Below, one piece after another: positions 54,091 through 64,000 of a DNA stretch of 64,000 nucleotides; position 1 is the stretch's first letter; every line of letters begins with the position of its first letter. The notes beneath the pieces are model-generated. The model was not told where the DNA came from. It saw only the letters and a list, made by a program, of their open reading frames with translations, and made no database searches. This stretch comes from the human T2T-CHM13v2.0 reference genome, Homo sapiens, in assembly GCF_009914755.1 (NCBI RefSeq), contig NC_060928.1. One strand, given 5' to 3'. The translations under genes and the position numbers were made by a program.

Positions 54091-55699
54091 CCTTCTAATA
54101 CAGAATAAGCCCTGACATGTCAAATGGAACTCCAGGTCACCATTATTTAGCATTTACATACATACTCCATATCATATCTGCATATTAGCCACTTAGGGAA
54201 ATGCTAAGCCAGAAGTATTTGCTTTCCTCAAATATAAAAATAGGAAAATATCAACATGTTTTAGAAAAGAGTTTATATTTTTATTTTCACTGTATCTAAC
54301 TCTGAGGAATAACCAGAGGGACATAAAATAGGAATAAACAAAGTGAAATAAGGTAAAATGATCCAAAAGAGTCTTTGTCATTCACTGTACTTAAAAAAAT
54401 AAATATTAAGGAAAAGAAACAAGACATATTGAAATATTTAGGTGTTATAAAATTTGTAAAATAGATAATAAAATCTAGCATTTTGAACCCTTCAGTAGAG
54501 TGAAACCTCACAAACAAACCAGAAAGAACAAACCAAAAAAGCACACATTTCCAAATTTAATTTTGTAGACTAACCAACTTCTACTTTCTCACCAACTCAT
54601 TAGTCATATAAACACTGATACAGGGAGTGTTTTCTTTTCTTTTTTTCTTATTATGAATTCACTGATAATGTTTGCAAACTGTCCCTAAATGTGAAGAGCA
54701 TTATGCACCTAGTACTTACATATTGCATGCCCCAAAATATATAGAGAAAAAAGGTTTTATCTGCTGACTAACATCCACATAAACAGGAGGTTGTGCTTTT
54801 GCTGTTGAAAGTTTATTTATGCTAAAGAGCTATTTTACTACCTTTCATTCCAAACTTTGGGAAAACTAAAGTAGCCAGTTATACTAGATGGAAAAGACTC
54901 CTCTAATAAAATATTGCAGCTTTCATTTATTTTTCGATGGAAACAAAATTGAAAAAAAATGCAATCTTACGGATTTTTTCATGTTCTGGAAATACACAGC
55001 AGTGCAAATTGTATTCCATCAGAACCGGTAGCAAATATTGTATTAGAAAGATATATGTCTACACAATAATATAAATCTCTCTCTTATTTCATGAGAAGAC
55101 AGAGTTCAAGTTCAGGAGGCAAACATATTTTGGTCATTTTTTACAGCACACTTGATATTCTGAACTACTCATTTTTAAATAAATCCTATTGTGGAAAATT
55201 GAAACAAAACTACTACTAAAAATCTAGGGAAAAAGCACAAAATTTACTCACATTCTCTACATCCTTATGCTAACTCTGATCCTGATTTTCAGTGTTAACA
55301 GAAAGAATAATATCATACGTTGTAAGTCCATGGATCTTAGCTGACTCCAGATTTTACAAAATCTCTGCTGTGAGTGTGAATCCCTTACAGAAGTGGTGAT
55401 TCATGTCCTTTTGTAAAGGTTAGTCCTGCAAATCTTTAAGGATAGAAAAAAAAAAAGAAGATAAAGGAAAAAAAAAAAGGTGACTGTAGGTCTTTCAGTG
55501 AGTGGAAATAGAATTTTCCACAATCTATATACTCCACAGGGGTCCATTCCTCTCACAGTTGGTGGCTGTTCTCCTCAGCTCTAAGCCCCAGAGCTCCCAA
55601 TAACATTAATTGCTTCAAAGTCCCTGTCTAGAGAAGTAGATTTCACTCTAGTAGAAAAGTTACAAGTTAATTTCTATAAAAATAAATACCCCTGAGTTC

Positions 55700-56010
55700 C
55701 GGAGAGGGGCTAGGGGATGAAGAGACGTTGATTAATGGGTACAAACATACAGTTCGATGGAAGAAATAAGACCTAGTGCTTGAAAAATTTGTAGGGTGGC
55801 TACAGTTTACATAATCTGTTATGTATTTCAAAATAGCTCAAAGAGAATAATTCCAATGTTGCTAGCACAAAGAAAAGACAAGTATTTATGGTAATGGATA
55901 TCCCAATTACATTGACTTAATCTTTCCAAATTATACAGAATGCATTAAATTATCATATGCACCACCCAAATATGTACATCTATTATGTATCAATAAAAAA
56001 GATAAAGAAA
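55700..56010 (+). mobile_element. L1MA5-like 3' end
   Basis: gttgattaatgggtacaaacatacagtt...gaagaaataagacctagtg...gtatttcaaaatagct...atatgtacatctattatgtatcaataaaaaa. Confidence 0.85.
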
Positions 56011-58225
56011 AATATAAATCCTCCTGGAACACATGTAGAAAATCTCCTAGGTCTCCAAGTTAGAAATATTAATATATTATTTTATGAAGATGAATATTTT
56101 GATGGAATATATAATTGCTTTGTTCTCCATGGAATATTATCTCATTGTCATAATTTTCTTTAAACCACTGTGTTTCTATGTGGTTTCTATTTCTATAAAC
56201 CACAATGTTTATAGGAAATCAAAGCCAAAATCATCAAAGAATACTTGGAGACCTTGATATCAGTAATCACTTCTTTATAATCTGCTACAGACTTGGGATA
56301 TTGCTTGCATTTTATTTTGTTGCTCTGCACATAAAATAGTTTTCTCTAAATTACCTCATCTATGCAGCTCTATATTATTTCAGCATTAAACAGAATTTCT
56401 CGAAGTTTGTTTCAGGTTATTTCATGTGGATGTTATCCTGTGCCTCACAGCTGCCTTTTCTCTAACCTGTCTGAAGAGCCAGCACTAATCCATAATGTAC
56501 TGCACCTGCTATTAGATTCCATGAACTCAGAGATTGATATACACGGAGAAGGAAAGCTCATTAACCAGACTAGGTATATGAAAGTTCAGCAGACAGCACA
56601 CGGAGAAGTTTATCATTGCAGTTCCATTATACTCTACTGTCAATTTCAAGTACACCACTCTTTCAGGCACATATTTTTTGTTCACCTGAATTTGCAAGTG
56701 GCCAATAGAATAGGTGAGGTTTAGTGAGTCTAGGCACTGCTCTGAACTTTGGAAAGTGTAATAACTTTTCTGGCTCCTGAACTGCTATTTTAGAGCATTC
56801 TACAATCAGAGCCTATTGAAACATATTTGTCAAGAAAACAGAAAATTCTATTTTTAATGTTGCTCTTTGTGTAGCATGAAATTAAAATGAGTAGAAAAAA
56901 TTAAATCCTGTAGGACATATTAATTTCAAGCTTTTATACTTATTGTGGAAACCATCTGATAAGACTCCAGACTGTTTTGACTATTTTCAGTTGCTGCATA
57001 TTTTATAGGGTAGTGTCTCAACTTGAATGATGGTGGACTACCTGGTGTAAGCTGTTTCACCTCATACATGATTAAATTATATTTCTTCCTGTCTGAACAA
57101 AGATTATTTGAAAATACAGGAAGGATGTGGCACCAGGGAAATACATGTTAGTATTTGACAAGTGTGGAACAGTGCAGAAAAATATCAATATGTGATGAAG
57201 GCATGATAAGAATCTAAGAAAAATAAGAGGGAGTTATCTGAATGTTAAATAGACAGATGTCGAAGTATGCTTTTGAAATCCCATTGAAATGGCCCTCATA
57301 TCATTTAATTTTCAATTGTTAGGCTCATTTGGGCAAAGTAAGTTGGTATCCAGGGAAATCAAGAAACCCCATTCCTTGCAGTTGGCTGAATCAAAAAATA
57401 TAACACATAATAGCAACAGGAGTTCATATGTGAATCAAGATGTAAAACTTTATTCCAACTCATATCTTCTGTTTTATGGTAAATTATAAAATAATGACAT
57501 ATTTTGAAATGTGTCAAACTATGAAAACAGGATATATCTCTGAATGCCAGTGAGAGTCAAAATTAAAAAAAAAACTGTTGAAAATGCAGAAAGAAAAAAT
57601 ATCAGAGACTTTTGAACACAGAATAGATACAGTTGTATTGTAGAGAGGGCCAACACAAAATAATGTGAATCCTCAAACTGAGTGCTGAAGAAATAAAGAA
57701 ACAATACTGGCTTTGTTGTGGCATTTGCCTTTTTGACTGCAGAGCAAAGCTGCAGATGTTATTATAAACCAGAAAAACAAAATGTGAAACTTTTCAAGGT
57801 TATTTAATCCAGTTTCCTTCCTTTAGGCAGATGAATTCCCAAGGCAATAAGAAAGAACTATAGAGTTGTTGATTCTATTTTAAAGTACTCTAGAGGGGAA
57901 AATTCCAGGACATTCCTTTATATACTTTTTCCAGCTTTTATTAATCTCATAGGATGCTTACATACATATGAATTCAGTAACTACTAATCAAAATTCAAAA
58001 TGGTCCTGCAAAATCTGGAAATTATATTTCAGTATACAAGTAATGGGAAGGTTTTTTTCTTTCTCTGCTTCCCTCAATATATCTACCATTAGATATCTTC
58101 CCATTTTATCTCATCCTTTAATTGTCAAATATGTTGACAAACTATTATTTCTCCATTTCCTCCGATCTTATAATTATAGATTAGATCCAAATTTATAATG
58201 CTTGTAGTATTTAAAATTAACTTGA

Positions 58226-58227
<2 letters not shown>

Positions 58228-58255
<28 letters not shown>
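58228..58255. repeat. (TG)14 microsatellite
   Basis: Direct reading. Confidence 0.95.
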
Positions 58256-58259
<4 letters not shown>

Positions 58260-58449
58260 ACAATGAGAGAGATGTAGCCACGATTTAATTGTATAAGAAC
58301 ATAGAAATCACGTATTCTTAGTACAAGATGAACTATTAGAAGCTCAGTAATAGATTTCGCATTTCTACAAAATTTCTGTTTGGACAGCTTCAACAACAGG
58401 GAACTTAATATGTCATGATTGTAGCCCACACAATTTTCTGACAGATTTA

Positions 58450-58483
58450 ATTTATCCTTATATAATATTTATCCTTATATAAT
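58450..58483. repeat. Perfect 17-bp tandem duplication (atttatccttatataat x2)
   Basis: Direct reading. Confidence 0.9.
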
Positions 58484-59556
58484 GGTGAGATTATATTATT
58501 ATTTTATTTCAAAATGATTAGGGGCTTTTCATTATTTCCTTTTAAATTTCACCCTGTTAGATTTGCTTTTTTAATTCTAATATGCTAACAAAAACTAGAT
58601 ATTAATATCATAATCTGGTGTATTTACTTTCACTGTCAGCTTTGTGTCATGCTAGCATGTCCTTATTCATCCACTGATGAACATACTAAAATAACAATAC
58701 TAAGTACAGAAAACTATCAATCATTTTCAAAACCACAGAGAAAATTACCATCCAAGAGAGATGTCATACATTGTCTACAGCATTTCTATAATATTAAAGT
58801 ATAGATGATTAATGGAAAAGGAAATCCAGCATAGATTGGCTTTTATGTTTTAGAATTTATCCTAACACTACTGATCACCTCTTCTACTTATAAGTTCCTA
58901 CAAACATCACTTTTATACACTAAGAGTCAGCTGGGAAAGTAGGTAGAGAAAATGGTAGTCTCTGGATGATTTCATGGATGTTGAACACTTCGCACTAAAA
59001 ACACATTTCCCCCGGGACTTTGATACCTAGCAAAATGTATTCATGGATCTTCCCTTTAAAAGTCAGCTCTGTTAAATAGAAACATTCTTCAGAGTCAGCA
59101 TATTATTTCATATCAATAATTTTAATCTTCATATTAACTAACTTCTTTCCTTGGCATGGTTTGGGTGAAAGATATGAAAATATTCTTTACTCTGACAAAG
59201 AATTAAATGATGATTGAAAGAAAAGAATGGAACAGAGAAGCTGGCTTATTGTTTTCTTTTTCTGGTTACTTCTTTCCTCATTCCATTCCTGCAGGCTCCC
59301 TCCTTGCCAGGCTTGTTGGAACCTTAAACTTAAAATAGTAACTCATCATCAAGTAGCCCCAATATTTACTTTCTCAACATTAGTGAGGTAAATATTAATC
59401 ATAGCCCATCACCTCTCTATTTATGAGAAGACACTTACACAGAAAAAATCCAAGTGTGAATTATCTTTTCTTTCATTCAATTCTTCCTTCTTTCTGTGTT
59501 CCCCATTTTCTTTCACTTACTCCAAGTCTGCCTGCCACATTAAGTTCCTCATCTGG

Positions 59557-60120
59557 TATGATGGTTAATCTTATGTGTCAACTTGACTAGACCAGGAAAT
59601 GGCAAGATATTTGGTCAGACCTTATTTTGGGTGTGTCCATGAGGGTGTTTTGGGATGAGAATAACGTTTTAATCAGTCCAGTGCACAACCCCTGTATTGG
59701 GTAAAGCAGATTGCCCTCTGTAATGCGGGTAGACTTTAATCAAGCTGTTGAAGGCCCGAATAAAACAAAAAAGCTAAGTAAAAGGAATTTCCTTCTGCTT
59801 GACTGCCTTCACTTTGGGACACTGTTTTTTCTTCTCTGCCTTTGAACTCTAACTGTAATCTTGGCTTTCATTGGGTCTTGAGGCTGCTGGCATTTGGACT
59901 GGAACTATACCATCAGTTTTCCTGGGTCTCCCCAGCTTCTTGATTGCATATCAGATCTTGGGTCTTGACAGCCCTCGTAATTGCATGAGCCACTTCTTTA
60001 TAATCTCTCTGCCTCTCTCTATATCCCTATCTATCTGTCTGTCTGTCTGTCTGTCCGTCCGTCCGTCCGTCCGTCCGTCCGTCCGTCCATCCATCCATCC
60101 ATCCATCCATCCATCCATCC

Positions 60121-60178
<58 letters not shown>

Positions 60179-60228
60179 GTATCTAAATCCTGCTGGGTCT
60201 GTTTCCCTGGAGAACCCCGTCTAAGACA
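59557..60228 (+). mobile_element. MLT2 (ERVL) solo LTR
   Basis: tatgatggttaatcttatgtgtcaacttgact...gtaaagcagattgccctc...ctgtttccctggagaaccc...aagaca; 5-bp TSD tctgg / tctga. Confidence 0.9.
60030..60185. repeat. Compound tetranucleotide STR (TCTA)(TCTG)5(TCCG)8(TCCA)9(TCTA)14 TGTA TCTA
   Basis: Direct count; lies at the usual simple-repeat position of MLT2. Confidence 0.95.
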
Positions 60229-62374
60229 TCTGATAACTTCCGCCTATGCAAGCCGGGAAGTAAGCTCCATTTGGCCTGGGCTCTACCAGATGCTACCTGT
60301 AGTCTGTTTCCCTTGAAATCTGAGCAATATCTACTCAGATTGCTTGAGGCTATGCATAGTCCTTGTTTTGAGCAACATTGTTCCTTAAACAGTCATCTTT
60401 ATGGACTAGTGCTTGCTTGATCTATACTTCATATTCCCATATTAGGATGTGCTATCTTATCCATACTATCGACCCTCTTGACCATCTACTCCTGCTGTGT
60501 CTGTCCTGGTCTCTATCATTTACCTATGTATCATATTTTGAGCTCACCATCAATTTACAATGACAAAGCAAGTATAGTTTGTGACTGGATAGATGAAGCC
60601 TCCTGAAACTCCCCTCTTTCACTATCCTATTCTGCCTAAAATTGAAATAAATGTGTGTAGCAATGATAAACTTTTTAAAGTGAGATTTATAAGACTTACT
60701 ATAGTTTGATTAGTTCACAAGTGGTAAACATGGAAATATTAGAAGCCAAATAGTCTTTTATGTTATTTAAAATCCTGAGATTTATTTTAAGTTTAAATCT
60801 CCAAATTATGCTCTATGAGGGGTATTGGGTTCAAAATATTTAGAAACAGATGCATAATCCATGTCTTTATTGACAAATAGACAAACATTCAAGTAATAAG
60901 CACCAGTAACAATCACACCTGGGCAAGAGGTCCAGGGGAGGCAATGGTCAGTGTTCTGAAAATTATTGACTTACCCTAAAGAGATGACTAGGGCAGATAT
61001 GTGTCAGGAATGTAGCCCCAGAATGAAAAGGGTATGATGAAGTGACTCTTACCTCTGTCGAGATTAAATTCTCAGTAAGGGAAGGAATGAAGAGAGAGGT
61101 TTCCACTTGCTTTCATTAACATTTACATCTCAATTTTTAAAAATTATTTTAGAATATCCTTGATGTTTTTAAAAAATATATACAAAAGGTGTTGATTTTG
61201 AAATATGCACAAAAATTGAAATATCTCAGATATAGCTTTGGTTGGAATACCTTTGAGGTACATTGAGGATTAATTCAACTAGTTTGTTATTCAGAAGTAC
61301 AAGCAAGTTCTGAGAAATGAAGTTTCTTGCCAAAGATCACAGAGCATCCATGCGCCTGTTCCAAGTGTGGTGCCATTAAACCCAACAGACCTTTTGTTTT
61401 GTTTTGTTTTGTTTTTAATAGCCATGCAGTTGTAGGGGAAGACAGTTTAATCTGACAAAGCATTTTTGCCCTCACTTTCTTATCTTCCAGTCAAATTTAG
61501 AAGTTTCTATTTTCATACAATGTGAGTTTTTATTTATTTTTTTAGGAATTGAAAATAGTGTATGTGAATTATCTAATGTAATTTATTTTAAACACACCTA
61601 GAGCTTTACCACAGCCAACTTAGCTATAGCTTTGTTGACAGTGTATCTTTTTCTTAAGTATAAGCCTTTCTTCCATGAAACAAAGTGGGCATAGCATAAG
61701 GCTCACTATTTCATATTTTCTGTATACACTGGGACATGATGAGGACATGCTTTCCTAAGACCTCAGAAATGGAATCATTACAGAAGAAGAAATTAGAAAG
61801 CTGAAATAATCACAATATTATATAATGTTGGGATTCCCACACTGCTATACCATTGTACATCTATTTATAACAGAAAATAAAATTACAACTATTAAAGATG
61901 AAAAGACACACACACAAAAGGGTCAAGTTCTCTATCTTTGATTCCCAAAAAAAAATTAGCAAATATTTAAAAAATAAGCTTCAGGTCATCCAAGCACACA
62001 AAGATAATACAAAACTATCTAGTTTCAATTCAGCTTTATATTGTGGTCACTTTTAGAAACTGAAGTAAGTGTGCCTACTGAGATCTCCAGCCAGAAGCAA
62101 ACTTAACTTATGGGCCTAATAGGCTCCTCTGATAAAATTATGATTTTTAATTTTTGGCTGGAGATTCACATATTAATATGTCATTACTATAATTAAAAAT
62201 AGAAGCCAAATGAGATATTATATAATATTTAATTATTATATTAAACACACGCTTCTTAAAAATATGTGGTTTTCTTGACTACCATAAGAGAAACAAATTA
62301 TTTAGAGGTGCAGTCTAAATTCTTTGTAGTAGTGCTAGAATTTACCAGCTAGTTTTGTGAAGAAGTTGTGAAAT

Positions 62375-64000
62375 AGCTCTAAGAGGGAAATTTATGGCAC
62401 TAAATGCTTACATTAAGAAAAAAAAAGATATCAGATAAAAAGCTTAATTTTATATCTCAAGGAACTAGTCAAAGAAGAAAAAAATTAGTCCAAAGTCAGC
62501 AGAAAGAAGAAAAAAATAAGGAATGCAGCAGAAATAAATAAAATAGAGATTAGAAAAATAGAAAATATCAATGAAACTAAGAGTTGGATTTTTAAAAAGA
62601 TAAATAAAATTAGCATGCATATAGCTAGACTAAGGGAAAAGGAGAGAAGGCTCAAATAAAATGAGAAAGAGGAGATAGACAACTAATACCACAGAAATGC
62701 AAAAAGGGATAAAAACAGACTACTATGAACAATGATAAACCTAACAGGTTAACCTAGAAGAAACAGATAAATTCCCAGAAAGATACAATTTACCAAGATT
62801 GAGTCATGAAGAAATAGGAAATCTGAACAGACCAATAACGAGTAAAGAGAATGAATTGTAATTAAAGGTCTCTTAGCAAGGAAAAGCTCGGGACTTAATG
62901 GTGTCACTGATGTATTTTATAAAAAAAAAAATTAGAGAATTAACATCAAATCCTTCTCAAACTCTTGCAAAAAATTTAAGAGGAGAGTACACTTCCAAAC
63001 TCATTTTATGAGGTTAGCATTACCCTGATATCAAAGCCAGTTAAGGGCCCTATAGGAAAAGAAAATTACAGGGTAATATTTCTGACAAACATAGAGACAA
63101 AAGTTCTCAATGAAATCCTAACAAGCCAAATTCAATACCAAATCAAAACATTAATACACCACAATCATGTGGGATTTATTCCTAGGATGTAAAAATGGTT
63201 CAACATATGCAAATCCATAAGTGTGATAAACCATATTAATAAGATGAATAAATGACAAAAATCATATGATCATCTCAATAGAAGCAGAAAAAGCATGTAA
63301 CAAAATTCAACATCCATTCATGATAAAAAGCTCAACAAATTAGGTATAAAATATTCATCACAACACAATTAGTGCCATATATTACAAACTCACAGCTAAT
63401 ATCATCTTTAGTGGTGCAAAGTTGAAAGCTTTTCTTCTAAGATTAGAAGCAAGAGAAGGATGTTCACCCTAACTGCTTCTATTCAATATAATATTAAAAG
63501 TTCTAGCCAGAGAAACTGGGCAAGAGAAAGAAAAAAAAGACATCCAAATTGGAAAAGAAAAAAGTTAAATTGTTTCTGTTTGCAGATAACATGCTCTTTT
63601 ATATAGAAAACTCTAAATATTCCTTGAAAAAACTGTTAAACTAATAAATTCAGTAAAGTTGAAGTATATGAAATCAATGTACAAAAATAGTAGTGTTTCT
63701 GTACACTGACAAGTTATCTGAAAAAGAAATAAAAAAGATCCCATTTACAACAGCATCAAAAAAATACTTAGGAATAAATGTAACCAAGGAAGTTAAATAC
63801 CTATATACCAAAAACTATAAAATATTGATGTAAGAAATTGAAGACACTAACAGACAATCATCCCAACTTCATGGATTGAGCGAATTAATAGTGTTAAAAT
63901 ATCCATATTACTCACAATGATCTACCAATTCAATGAACTTTCTATCAAAATATTAATGACTTTTTCACAGAAATATAAAAAACAATTCTAAAATTTCTAT
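62375..64000 (+). mobile_element. Old L1 (L1M/L1MA-MB era) ORF2 remnant, continuing beyond the window
   Basis: aagagggaaatttatggcactaaatgc...cttccaaactcattttatgagg...atgatcatctcaatagaagcagaaaaagca...ctgtttgcagataacatg; many frameshifts. Confidence 0.9.

Noticed and set aside
56362-56724. 120-aa ATG ORF
   Set aside because: No recognisable homology or motif, antisense within an intron.
59871-60316. Repetitive ORFs ([12 protein letters not shown])
   Set aside because: Translations of the tetranucleotide STR inside MLT2.

Overview
AT-rich primate genomic DNA, almost certainly human: a near-pristine AluYb8, a human-specific subfamily, sits at 40386-40695. The only coding sequence I can support is one 183-bp minus-strand exon (1767-1949) of a heparan sulfate N-deacetylase/N-sulfotransferase, best matching NDST4. 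The rest appears to be intron of that gene: over 62 kb upstream of the exon and about 1.8 kb downstream. It is filled with interspersed repeats: Alu/FLAM, MIR, L2, several L1 generations (including a near full-length old L1MC and a 5'-inverted L1PA8A), solo LTRs (MER67-like, MER50, MLT2) and DNA transposons (MER1B, MER102, MADE2, Tigger3a, MER112, MER2). The other ORFs I examined are L1/Alu remnants, low-complexity translations or chance ORFs. I see no new gene system. The most interesting unexplained structures are: a ~215-bp inverted duplication containing both unique DNA and a FLAM (47.6-48.7 kb); a ~240-bp fold-back palindrome with a related copy 1 kb away (4.27-4.51 kb); a ~180-bp orphan retrocopy with AATAAA, A-tail and 15-bp TSD (4.9-5.1 kb); a probable 3' transduction and a TSD-less nested L1 at the L1PA8A; a 32-bp-arm hairpin (37.7 kb); and a candidate poison or recursive-splicing exon (19.3 kb). 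Repeat subfamily names come from my recall of consensus sequences, and boundaries of old repeats are approximate.
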